A stretch of 64,000 nt of DNA from an uncultured delta proteobacterium. GTDB lineage: Bacteria; Desulfobacterota; Binatia; Binatales; Binataceae. Shown in pieces: positions 51,202-60,414 of this stretch. Numbering within the stretch: position 1 is the first letter of the stretch; the number at the start of each line of letters is the position of its first letter. Under the pieces are notes generated by a model, which worked only from the letters and a program-made list of their open reading frames with translations, was not told the origin of the DNA and ran no database searches. The stretch lies in the NCBI GenBank assembly GCA_963724765.1, contig CAVRVY010000003.1, forward strand, positions 1,216,001 through 1,280,000, written 5' to 3'. The translations under genes were made by a program, and so were the position numbers.

Positions 51202-52992
51202 ATGGGCCTGTCGGCTGAAACGCAAGAAAAGATCCGCGCCGAGCAGGCGCGCTTTCCCAATCCGCGCGGCGCGCTGCTGGCGGCAATCTATCTCGCCCGC
51301 GACGACCTGGGCGCGCTCGGTCCCGAGGCTTTCGCCGAGCTGGCGCCGCTCTTCGGGATGCGCCCCAACGAGGTCGCCGAGGTCGCATCGTTCTATTCGC
51401 TTTTCAACCTGCCCCGCGCGCAGGTGGTGATCCAGGTCTGCACCAATTTGCCGTGCTGCCTGCGTGGCGCGCGCGGCGTGGTGCGCGAGCTCGAGCGCCG
51501 GCTCGGTATCAAGTCGGGCACCGCGACGCCCGACGGCCGTTTCGCGATCGCGGAAGTCGAATGCCTGGGCTCGTGCGCGACCGCGCCGGTTATACAGGTG
51601 AACCGTAATCCGTACCTGGAAAACGTAACCTCGGAGTTCGTCGCGAGCCTGCTTGAAGCGCCCGAGGCGGCGCGTGCGGCGCGTCGCCCCGCGCCGATCA
51701 TCTCGCGCGTTCCCGACGGGGTCGACGGCTACCTGCTGCCGCGCGGCGATGAGAAGTGGCTCACGCTCGAGGAATACCGCGGGCACGGTGGTTTCGCGGC
51801 GGTGCCCAAGGCGGGCGCGATGGCGCCCAAGGACCTCGCCGCGCTGGTGAAGGACGCCAACCTGCGCGGGCGCGGCGGCGCGGGCTTCGTCACCGGCCTT
51901 AAGTGGACGTTCATGCCGCCGCGCGACGCGCGCCCGCGCTACCTCGCGGTCAACGCCGACGAGAGCGAGCCCGGCACCTTCAAGGACCGTCAGATCATGT
52001 CGCGCAATCCGTTCCTGCCGCTGGAGGGGATCATGATTGCCGCGATGGCGATGGAGTCCACGGCAGCCTTCATCTACATCCGTGGCGAATACGTCGACGA
52101 ATTTGCGGCGATGAGCGCGGCGATTCGCTCGCTCTACGAGGCCAAGATCCTCGGGGAGAATGCGCTCGGCCTCAAGCGCCGCTTCGACATCACCATCCAG
52201 CAGGGCGCCGGCGCGTATATCTGCGGCGAAGAAAGCGGGATGCTGGAATCAATGGAAGGGCGCAAGGGTCAGCCGCGCAAGCGCCCGCCCTTTCCAGCGC
52301 AGGCGGGACTGTGGAGCCAGCCAACCACGGTCGACAACGTCGAGACGCTCTCGCACGTGCCGACGATCGTGACGCGCGGCGCGCAATGGTTCCTGGACGA
52401 AGGGGTCAAGAATGCCGCCGGCCACACGCTGTTCGGGGTAAGCGGCCACGTCAACAATCCCGGGATTTTCGAGCTTCGGCTCGGCGTGAAGCTGCGCGAC
52501 CTCATCTATAAGTACGCCGGTGGCGTTATCGGCGGGCGGCCGATCAAGGCGGTGATCCCGGGCGGCGTTTCGATGCCGGTGTTGCGCGGCGATCAGATCG
52601 ACGTCGCGATGGATCACGAGTCGCTGCGCGCCGCCGGCACGCTTATCGGCACGGGCGGCGTGATCGTGATGGACGATCGCACCTGTATGGTGCGCACGGC
52701 GCTGGTGGTGGCGCGTTTTTTCGAGCACGAATCGTGCGGCCAGTGCACGCAGTGCCGCGAGGGCACCGGATGGACCTACAAGACGCTGCGCCGGATCGAA
52801 AGCGGCGCGGGCGAGCCGCAGGACCTCCAGACCCTGGCCGACACCTTCGATTTCATGGACGGCAAATGCATCTGCGCGCTCGCCGATGGCGCGTCGTGGG
52901 CCGCGCGCGCGTTTCTCAAGCAGTTCCGCGCCGACTTCGAGGCTCACATCGCGGAGCATCGATGCCCCTTCCCGGAGAGCTTCGAGGTATGA
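51202..52992 (+). CDS. nuoF: Fused NADH-quinone oxidoreductase subunits E and F
   Basis: NuoE VCTNLPC...ECLGSC followed in frame by NuoF GRGGAGF, NADESEPGTFKDR, GAGAYICGEE, ESCGQCTQCREG. Confidence 0.93.
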   Translation: MGLSAETQEKIRAEQARFPNPRGALLAAIYLARDDLGALGPEAFAELAPLFGMRPNEVAEVASFYSLFNLPRAQVVIQVCTNLPCCLRGARGVVRELERRLGIKSGTATPDGRFAIAEVECLGSCATAPVIQVNRNPYLENVTSEFVASLLEAPEAARAARRPAPIISRVPDGVDGYLLPRGDEKWLTLEEYRGHGGFAAVPKAGAMAPKDLAALVKDANLRGRGGAGFVTGLKWTFMPPRDARPRYLAVNADESEPGTFKDRQIMSRNPFLPLEGIMIAAMAMESTAAFIYIRGEYVDEFAAMSAAIRSLYEAKILGENALGLKRRFDITIQQGAGAYICGEESGMLESMEGRKGQPRKRPPFPAQAGLWSQPTTVDNVETLSHVPTIVTRGAQWFLDEGVKNAAGHTLFGVSGHVNNPGIFELRLGVKLRDLIYKYAGGVIGGRPIKAVIPGGVSMPVLRGDQIDVAMDHESLRAAGTLIGTGGVIVMDDRTCMVRTALVVARFFEHESCGQCTQCREGTGWTYKTLRRIESGAGEPQDLQTLADTFDFMDGKCICALADGASWAARAFLKQFRADFEAHIAEHRCPFPESFEV

Positions 52993-53393
52993 ACGATCAC
53001 CGGCCGGCCCGCAACGCGATCGTCGCCATTCTCGGGACGCCCGACCGTACCGAGGGCAGCCTCGACGATCCGCGCGAGCGCGAAGAAGACGGCGTGCGCT
53101 TCAACGAGAAATGGATCTACGCGCATCTGCGCCGCGACCCCGCAGGCGCCGCGATGCGCGCGGTCTACTGGATGCGCTACGACTTTCGCGGTACCGCTGT
53201 GCGCAATAGCGATGCCGAACCGTGGCGGTCCGACGCGACGCTGGTCGAGGCTGCGGCGAAACGCGACGGCCGTCTTCCGCCGCTCGATCCGTCGCGCAAC
53301 CCGCCGCTAGCGCCGAGCACCGAGTATCGTCCGGTCTCTAATTTTACGGGCGTGTCCGACCTCGGCGGCGAAACCCAGGAAAAGAAATCCTGA
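52989..53393 (+). CDS. Hypothetical protein translationally coupled to nuoEF
   Basis: ATGA overlap; ILGTPD...EKWIY pattern. Confidence 0.7.
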   Translation: MNDHRPARNAIVAILGTPDRTEGSLDDPREREEDGVRFNEKWIYAHLRRDPAGAAMRAVYWMRYDFRGTAVRNSDAEPWRSDATLVEAAAKRDGRLPPLDPSRNPPLAPSTEYRPVSNFTGVSDLGGETQEKKS

Positions 53394-53420
53394 CCCAAAC
53401 CCGCCGCGCGCAAGTCTCGG

Positions 53421-54356
53421 TCAGATGCCGAAGGCTTCGTGCAGTACGGCGGCCGCCTCCATAATCGACTGGCGGCCCTGGTCCAGAATCATCGCCATCC
53501 CGGTGAATCCATGCGTCACGCCCTCATAGCGCGTGCATTTGACCGCGACGCCCGAACGCTTGAGACGCGCCGCGTATTCCTCGGCTTCATCGCGCAGCGG
53601 ATCGCACTCGGCGGTGACAATCAGCCCCGGCGGCAAGCCGCTCAAGTCCTTGGCCACGCTGGGGCAGCAGTAGGGATTCGCGCGATCGCGCTCAGAGGAC
53701 AGATAGTGGTTCCAGAACCACTCCATGTCGGCTCGCGAGAGGAAGTAGTAGGCGCCGGTGGGGTAGTCGCGATGCGACGGCGTATCCATCGCGGGGTCGA
53801 TTGGCGGGTACCATAATATCTGGCAGGCGAGCCGCGGGCCGCGCCGGTCGCGCGCCATCATCGCAACCACGGTCGCCAGCGTGCCGCCGGCGCTGGCGCC
53901 GGCAACCGCAAGGCGCGAGGAGTCAGCGCCGATCGCCGGGGCCTTGTTCGCGGTCCATACGGTTGCCGCGTAGCAATCATCGGGGCTCGCGGGAAACCGA
54001 TGCTCCGGCGCGAGCCGGTAGTCGACCGACACCACCACGCATCGCGCGGCATTGGTCAGCAGCCGGCATATAACGTCGTGCGTGTTGAGATCGCCGGCCA
54101 CCCATCCGCCGCCATGAAAGAAAACCACCGCGGGCAGCGGCGCGTCCGCCGCCGGGCGGTAGATGCGAACGGGAATCTCGCCGGCGGGACCGGAGATACG
54201 CCGATCCTCGACGTGCGCAACGGGCTCTCGCGCGCCCTTCGCCGAGCCGCCGCGGATGGCCTCGCGCACTTTCTCCACGCTCAGCTCGTGAAACGCAGCG
54301 CCGCCAGCGGCCGCCGCCTTGTCGAGTATCGCCTTCATTTGCGGGTCCAGTGGCAT
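53421..54356 (-). CDS. Hormone-sensitive-lipase-family (family IV) alpha/beta hydrolase
   Basis: HGGGW, VDYRLAPEH, GASAGG, DPLRDE, HGF. Confidence 0.93.
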   Translation of the reverse strand: MPLDPQMKAILDKAAAAGGAAFHELSVEKVREAIRGGSAKGAREPVAHVEDRRISGPAGEIPVRIYRPAADAPLPAVVFFHGGGWVAGDLNTHDVICRLLTNAARCVVVSVDYRLAPEHRFPASPDDCYAATVWTANKAPAIGADSSRLAVAGASAGGTLATVVAMMARDRRGPRLACQILWYPPIDPAMDTPSHRDYPTGAYYFLSRADMEWFWNHYLSSERDRANPYCCPSVAKDLSGLPPGLIVTAECDPLRDEAEEYAARLKRSGVAVKCTRYEGVTHGFTGMAMILDQGRQSIMEAAAVLHEAFGI

Positions 54357-54491
54357 GCGCGACTTCCCCTCCCCGATGCGGGCGTCCAAGCCGCGCGCGG
54401 CGAGCGCGCGGCGCGAAAGCAGTGTGGGGCCGTTGGGCGGCGCGCGTAGCACCGCGCAACGGACCCCACTGCTGCCACTGCTGGCGCGGCG

Positions 54492-55430
54492 CTACTTCTT
54501 AAGCGCGGCCTTGAGCGCAGCGCCCATGTCCGCGATTGACTTGCGCGCCTCGTCCAGCACCGCCGCCATCAGCACGAAGCCGTGCGTCACGCCCTCGTAG
54601 CGGACGCACTCGGTCTTGACGCCGGCCTCCTGCAAGCGTGCCGCGTAGGTTTCACCCTCGTCGCGCAGCGGGTCGAGGCCCGCCGTCACCACCAGAGCCG
54701 GCGGCAATCCGCGCAGGCTGCCGGCCTCGGCCGGGCACGCGTACGGGTTGGTCTTGTCCTTGTCGCCGTTGAGGTAGTGGCCCCAGAACCAGACCATGTC
54801 CTTCTTGGAGAGGATGTAGCCGTCGTCCTGGAACTGCTGTTGCGAGGGCGTGTCGAGACCCGCGTCGGTCGCGGGATAAATCAGGAGCTGGAAGGCTATT
54901 TTCGGACCGCCGCGATCGCGCGCCATCAGCGCGACCACCGCGGCGAGATTTCCGCCCGCGCTGTCGCCGCCGACCGCCACACGCGCCGGGTCGCCGCCGA
55001 TCGACGCGGCATTCTTCGCAACCCAGTCGGTCGCGGCATAACAGTCTTCCGGACCGGCGGGAAATTTGTGCTCCGGCGCGAGCCGGTAATCGACCGAGAC
55101 CGTCACGCATCCCGAGGCGTTGCAGAGCGAACGGCAGAACGTGTCCCACGATTCGATCGTGCCGACCGTCCATCCGCCGCCGTGAAAGTAGACCAGGATG
55201 GGGAATGGTGCGCTGCCCTGGGGCGTATAGATTTGCACCGGGATTTGTCCGCCCGGCCCGGGGATGTTGCGTTTCTCGGACTTGGCCACTTTTTCGGGCG
55301 CGCTGTTGAAGGGTTCCAGCAGCGCCGCGATTCCCTGACGCGCCTCAGCCGGCGTCATCGAATGAAACGGCTTGGCGCCGGAGGCGGCGGCCTGGTCCAG
55401 AATCGCTTTCATTTGGGGATGTAGCTGCAT
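54492..55430 (-). CDS. Hormone-sensitive-lipase-family alpha/beta hydrolase (tandem paralog)
   Basis: HGGGW, GDSAGG, DPLRDE, HGF. Confidence 0.94.
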   Translation of the reverse strand: MQLHPQMKAILDQAAASGAKPFHSMTPAEARQGIAALLEPFNSAPEKVAKSEKRNIPGPGGQIPVQIYTPQGSAPFPILVYFHGGGWTVGTIESWDTFCRSLCNASGCVTVSVDYRLAPEHKFPAGPEDCYAATDWVAKNAASIGGDPARVAVGGDSAGGNLAAVVALMARDRGGPKIAFQLLIYPATDAGLDTPSQQQFQDDGYILSKKDMVWFWGHYLNGDKDKTNPYACPAEAGSLRGLPPALVVTAGLDPLRDEGETYAARLQEAGVKTECVRYEGVTHGFVLMAAVLDEARKSIADMGAALKAALKK

Positions 55431-55546
55431 AAGACCAGCTCCTTAATGTGAAGTCCCGCGCGTTTGGGAACTAGCGCGAACGCGAGGATAGCGCAACTCG
55501 TGCGCACGGCCCAAGCGACGCGCTCGCGGTTGCTGCGGCCGCGTCG

Positions 55547-57067
55547 CTAGCGCCGCCAGGCGAGCAGCCGCGTAAGCAGGCGCTTGCGCGACGCGGTCAG
55601 CCGCGTGCGATTGTAGGAGTCGGCGATCTTTTTGATCGCCTCGGCCTGCGTCGGATAGGGGTGAATTACGCTCGCGATTCGTCCGAGTCCGATTCCGGCG
55701 GCGATAGCGAGCGTCAACTCCGAAATGATCTCGCCGGCGTGGGCCGCGACGATCGTTGCGCCAACGATTTGGTCGCCGCCTTCGCGCACATGGATTTTGA
55801 CCACGCCCGCGGCCTCGCCGTCGAGCACCGCGCGATCCACCGCGCTCATCTGCTGCACGAACGTCCGTATCGCGACGCCGCGCGCGGCGGCCTCGGTTTC
55901 GCCGAGCCCGACATGGGCGATTTCCGGGTCGGTATAGATGCACCAGGGAATCGTGAGGCGGCTTGCGCGGTCGCGTCCGAAGAACAGCGCGTTGCGAATC
56001 ACGATACGGGCATACGCGTCGCTCAGATGCGTGAACTGGAGCGCCGAGCATACGTCGCCTGCCGCGAAGACGTGCGGGTTGCTGGTTTGCAGATAATCGT
56101 CGACCCGCACGCCGCTTTTGCGATCGTACTCCACGCCGGCGGCCTCCAGGCCGATTTCCTCCACGTTGGGCGCGCGCCCCGCGGTCACCAAAATTTCGTC
56201 GAATTCGATCTCACGATACGCGCCGCGATGTTCCAGGCGCACGATTCGGCCCGCCGCGCCCGGTCCGACGCTTGCGACCCTGCATCCGGTGAGCAGCTCG
56301 ACGCCGTCGCCCATGATTGCGCGTTCGACGATCGCCGCCGCGTCGCGATCTTCGCGCGGCAGGATCTGCGCCAACGCCTCCAGCAGCCACACTTCCGAGC
56401 CGAAGCGCCGGAACGCCTGCGCCAGCTCGCATCCGATCGGCCCCGCGCCAATTACCGCGAGCCGCCGCGGCAACCCGGTCAGCGAGAAGACCGTCTCGTT
56501 GGTGAGGAACCCCGTCTCGGCGAGCCCTGGAATCGGCGGCGCGGCCGGACGCGCGCCGGTTGCGATCAACGCGCGGCTGAAGTTCAGCCGCTGGCCATCC
56601 ACTTCGACCGCGTCGCGTCCCACGAAGCGCCCTTCGCCGAGAAAAACGTCGACGCCGAGGCCCTTGAAGCGCGCGGCCGAATCGTTCGCGCTCAATTCCG
56701 CGCGCAGCCGGCGCATCCGTTCCATCACTGCGCCGAATTCCACCTCCGCTGGCGCCTTCGACGCGATGCCATAGATCGCCGCACGATTGATCGCGGCGCA
56801 CACACGCGATGCGCGAATCAGCGCCTTCGACGGGACGCATCCGAAGTTCAGACAATCGCCGCCCATCAAGCGGCGCTCGACCAGCGCGACCCGCGCGCCC
56901 AGCCCCGCCGCGCCTGCCGCGGCCACCAGCCCTGCCGTGCCGGCGCCGATCACCACCAGGTTGTAGCGCGCCGCCGGTCGGGGATTGATCCAGCCCTCGG
57001 GATGGACGTTGGCGAGAAGCTGCGCGTCGTACTCGTCCGGTGCCGCGAGGCGCGATGCGTCCGCCAT
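55547..57067 (-). CDS. Pyridine nucleotide-disulfide oxidoreductase (MerA/dihydrolipoamide dehydrogenase-like)
   Basis: GAGTAG, GGDCLNFGCVPSK, GAGPIG, AAGD, HPYPT. Confidence 0.9.
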   Translation of the reverse strand: MADASRLAAPDEYDAQLLANVHPEGWINPRPAARYNLVVIGAGTAGLVAAAGAAGLGARVALVERRLMGGDCLNFGCVPSKALIRASRVCAAINRAAIYGIASKAPAEVEFGAVMERMRRLRAELSANDSAARFKGLGVDVFLGEGRFVGRDAVEVDGQRLNFSRALIATGARPAAPPIPGLAETGFLTNETVFSLTGLPRRLAVIGAGPIGCELAQAFRRFGSEVWLLEALAQILPREDRDAAAIVERAIMGDGVELLTGCRVASVGPGAAGRIVRLEHRGAYREIEFDEILVTAGRAPNVEEIGLEAAGVEYDRKSGVRVDDYLQTSNPHVFAAGDVCSALQFTHLSDAYARIVIRNALFFGRDRASRLTIPWCIYTDPEIAHVGLGETEAAARGVAIRTFVQQMSAVDRAVLDGEAAGVVKIHVREGGDQIVGATIVAAHAGEIISELTLAIAAGIGLGRIASVIHPYPTQAEAIKKIADSYNRTRLTASRKRLLTRLLAWRR

Positions 57068-57073
57068 CGCGGC

Positions 57074-57412
57074 TCACTCCGAGCGTTTGAAACTATACTC
57101 GTGGATGGGCTTGCAGACGACGACTTCGTATTCGGTATAGAAGAGTTCGCGGCCGCGGGCCTGCGCCTTGCGATGCTCCGGATGCTCTCGCCACTGAGCC
57201 AGCGCCTCAACCGAAGCCCATTCGGTGACGCCGATAAACTCACCGTCGGGGTGTTTGTACTCGCGAAACGAAATGAATCCTGGCATCGCGGTCGCGATTT
57301 CCATCATGCGCGCGCCAGTGGTGGTGTATTCTTCCCACTGCGCCGGGCTGACCTGTTTCCTGCGGAAGCGAAAGATGCTGATGACGCGATCGGGGTTCTT
57401 TTGTTCCGCCAT
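57074..57412 (-). CDS. Antibiotic biosynthesis monooxygenase (ABM)-family protein
   Basis: GAGGAG RBS; MPGFIS, W.S.EAL..WREHPEH.KAQ..GR..FY. Confidence 0.88.
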   Translation of the reverse strand: MAEQKNPDRVISIFRFRRKQVSPAQWEEYTTTGARMMEIATAMPGFISFREYKHPDGEFIGVTEWASVEALAQWREHPEHRKAQARGRELFYTEYEVVVCKPIHEYSFKRSE

Positions 57413-57449
57413 CGCTATTTTCTCCTCATCATGGAGATCGCTGGTTTGG

Positions 57450-58607
57450 TTACTCGCGCGCATCGAGGCCCATTCGGCGCGCGATGATCACCTTCATGAT
57501 TTCATTGGTGCCGGCATAGATCGATTGCACTGCCGCGTCGGCGTAGTCGGTCGCCACCGGAAACTCCATCATGAAGCCGTAGCCGCCGTGCAGTTGCAGG
57601 CACTGGCTCGACACGCGCTTGAGCAGTTCGGTTACCCACCATTTCGCCATGCTGACCTCGGTTACGAGTTCGTCGCCGCGCACGTGCGCTGCGAGCACGC
57701 GGTCGACGAAGGCCTGGCCGACCTCGACCTCGGTCATCATCTCGGCGAGCTTGAACTGGGTGTTCTGAAACGAGGCGATGGGCTGGCCGAAGGCCTTGCG
57801 ATTGCGGGTGTACTCGATGGTGTCCTCGAGGCAACGCCGCGCGCTGGTAATCGCGCCGACCGCGGTGACCAGCCGCTCCTGCTGGAGCTTGTCCATCAGC
57901 ATCTTGAACCCCGCGCCCTCGCGGCCGAGCAGGTTGCTCACCGGTACGCGGCAATCCTCGAAGAACAGCTCGCTGGTGTCCTGGCCACGAAAGCCGAGCT
58001 TATCGAGCTTGCGGCCGCGCACGAAACCGGGCGCGTCAGCTTCGACCAGGATGAGGCTGACGCCGCGATGCGGCGGGTCGGCCTTGGGATCGGTCTTGAC
58101 CACCACGACAAAGAGATCGGCAATCTGGCCGTTGGAAATGAAGATCTTGGAGCCGTTGATGACATAGCTGTCGCCGTCGCGACGCGCGGTGGTCTGGACC
58201 GCGGCGAGGTCGGAGCCGGTGCCCGGCTCGGTCATCGCGATTCCCAGGATTACGTCGCCGCTGATCGCGCCCGGAACCCAGCGCCGCTTCTGCTCCTCGC
58301 TGCCGAAGCTCACCAGGTAGGGCAGGCAGATGTCCGAGTGCAGCCCCATCATCAGACCGTGCGCGCGCACGCGCGCCAGCTCTTCGATCACGATCGCGTC
58401 GTAGATGAAGTCGACGCCGGCGCCGCCGTACTCGGCCGGCGCATTGGGTGCGAGAAATCCGGCGGCGCCCAGCTTGCGCCAACTTTCGCGGTCGCTCATC
58501 CCAGCGCGGTTCCATCCGTCGATCTTCGGCACCAGTTCGGTCTCGACGAAGCGGCGCACTTGCGCCCGGAACATCTCGTGCTCTTCGGTGAAAATGTCGC
58601 GTCGCAT
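57450..58607 (-). CDS. Acyl-CoA dehydrogenase (long-chain type)
   Basis: IAMTEPGTGSD, NGSKIFISNG, DTSELFF, RKAFGQ, GGYG, IYAGTNEI. Confidence 0.95.
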   Translation of the reverse strand: MRRDIFTEEHEMFRAQVRRFVETELVPKIDGWNRAGMSDRESWRKLGAAGFLAPNAPAEYGGAGVDFIYDAIVIEELARVRAHGLMMGLHSDICLPYLVSFGSEEQKRRWVPGAISGDVILGIAMTEPGTGSDLAAVQTTARRDGDSYVINGSKIFISNGQIADLFVVVVKTDPKADPPHRGVSLILVEADAPGFVRGRKLDKLGFRGQDTSELFFEDCRVPVSNLLGREGAGFKMLMDKLQQERLVTAVGAITSARRCLEDTIEYTRNRKAFGQPIASFQNTQFKLAEMMTEVEVGQAFVDRVLAAHVRGDELVTEVSMAKWWVTELLKRVSSQCLQLHGGYGFMMEFPVATDYADAAVQSIYAGTNEIMKVIIARRMGLDARE

Positions 58608-58779
58608 AGAGGATTGGCCTCGGGGCAAATCCTTACACGGACGCGCCAGTGTTCCAACCGGAGCGCCACCACGGTCCGGCAACCCGAAAGGCGCTAAATG
58701 AGGGTTTGTGCGCGAGGAAGCCGGCGCGCTACATAGGATCAAACAGATCAAACGGCTGCCGGCATATCGGAGGATACAG

Positions 58780-59385
58780 ATGCTCAAACTTTACGGCACA
58801 TCCAAGTCGCGTTCGGCCCGCTCTTTGTGGGCGCTTGAGGAGTTGGGACTCAAGTACGAGCACGTTCCGGTCGAAACGACCAAGACCAAGACGCCCGAGC
58901 ACTTGAGACTCAATCCCAACGGACACGTCCCGGTGCTCGAAGACGACGGGAAGATCTTCTGGGAATCGATGGCGATTAACTTGTACCTCGCGGCCAAGTA
59001 CGGCAAGGCGCCGCTGTGGCCGGAGTCGCACGAGGACCGCGGCCACGCGGCCCAGTGGAGTTTCTGGGGAATGACCGAGGCCGAGCCGCATCTGATAGCC
59101 ATCCTGCGCCACCGGATGCTGCTGCCGCCCGATCAGCGTAACGAGCAGGCGGCGGTGGCGGCAGTCGCGGCGATGCAAGGGCCGCTGACGGTGCTCGACG
59201 GAGCGCTTAAGGGGCGCGACTATCTGCTCGGCAAGGACTTTACGATCGCAGACCTCAACCTGTCGTCGATAATGAGCTTCGCGATGCTCGCCAAGATTGA
59301 TATGACGGCGACGCCGGCCGCGCAGACGTGGATGCAGAAATGCCTCGGACGCGAGGCGTTCAAGAAAGCTCGCAGTCTGCCATAG
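58780..59385 (+). CDS. Glutathione S-transferase
   Basis: GGAGG RBS; SRS, LNPNGHVP.L, WESMAI, FTIAD. Confidence 0.93.
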   Translation: MLKLYGTSKSRSARSLWALEELGLKYEHVPVETTKTKTPEHLRLNPNGHVPVLEDDGKIFWESMAINLYLAAKYGKAPLWPESHEDRGHAAQWSFWGMTEAEPHLIAILRHRMLLPPDQRNEQAAVAAVAAMQGPLTVLDGALKGRDYLLGKDFTIADLNLSSIMSFAMLAKIDMTATPAAQTWMQKCLGREAFKKARSLP

Positions 59386-59477
59386 GAATCGCAGTTTCCG
59401 CGGCGCCCGGCCGCCGGCGCTGACGCTTCAGCAACCGCGCCGTGCGATGCTGGAGGATTGAACAAGGGAGCTTGGTT

Positions 59478-59858
59478 ATGGAACGCGCTCATCTATTGGA
59501 TCTCACTCAACGCTTCGTCGATGCGTTCAACCGCAATGATCTGGACGGCGTGATGGCGTTTTTCGCCGAGGACGGGGTTTACGACGAGTTCAACGGCCAG
59601 CGCAACGTGGGCAAGGCGGCGATCCGTGCCGCCCTCGAGCCGCAATTCACCGGCGCCTTCGGTGAGATGAAGTTTCTCGACGAGGATATGTTTGTCGACC
59701 CCGACGCGGGTAAGGTGATGGCTAGTTGGCGCTGCACGCTGAGCATCAAGGGCGAGCCGACCTCGTGGCGCGGGCTCGACCTGATGCACTTCAAGAACGA
59801 CAAGCTGGTGCAGAAGCTCACTTACGCCAAGGCCAAGGTCCCGCTGTTCCAGAGCTGA
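59478..59858 (+). CDS. SnoaL/NTF2-like protein
   Basis: FVDAFNRNDLD..MAFFAED, GKAAIR, RGLD. Confidence 0.88.
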   Translation: MERAHLLDLTQRFVDAFNRNDLDGVMAFFAEDGVYDEFNGQRNVGKAAIRAALEPQFTGAFGEMKFLDEDMFVDPDAGKVMASWRCTLSIKGEPTSWRGLDLMHFKNDKLVQKLTYAKAKVPLFQS

Positions 59859-59920
59859 ATCGTGACGCGCACGTAGCGCGGGGCGCATTGGCGGTTCGCT
59901 TCTCAGCGTCTCTTCGCCGC

Positions 59921-60115
59921 TCACTCGGGCATGCGCTTATATAACCGGTGCTTTAATAACGCCAAAGAATCGAGTCCGTTAATAATGATGGCAGCCGTTT
60001 CCCCACTCGCACCGATGCCAATGCCAGTAGCCGGTTTCGTGAGCAGGAACATAGATAAGGACGATAGGAAGAACGATGCTACAAGCACCAACAGGAGACT
60101 CGAGATCTTTGCCAT
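59921..60115 (-). CDS. Small putative exported or membrane peptide
   Basis: GAGGA RBS before ATG; hydrophobic N-terminus; AT-richer than flanks. Confidence 0.4.
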   Translation of the reverse strand: MAKISSLLLVLVASFFLSSLSMFLLTKPATGIGIGASGETAAIIINGLDSLALLKHRLYKRMPE

Positions 60116-60414
60116 AATCCTCACTCTCCGAAATTATTTTCCTAGCTGGATAGCTAATTTCGTGCCACTGGCGTCTTTTTGTGATCCTTCATGTGCGAAG
60201 CATCTGAACAGGATGATCGGCTGCTCCTGGAGTGAGAAAGGACTGCTTCAAGCCTCTCGGGACGATCGTGCGCCACGCCAAGGCTTACCCTGAGTCCTGT
60301 AATTCTTTCCGCCGGCCAGGTGGCACCGCGTCCGCGAGCCTTTGACAGCCGCGAGCGATCCAGCTTGAGTACCAGTTGTCTTGAGCAGCAGTTAAGTCGC
60401 AGGAGGCGTTCGTC

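Noticed and set aside
53421-55430. Tandem esterase paralogs as an unusual system
   Set aside because: Ordinary diverged duplication of a common family.
55547-57067. True mercuric reductase (merA) / mer operon
   Set aside because: No C-terminal Cys-Cys pair, no NmerA domain and no merT/P/R neighbours.
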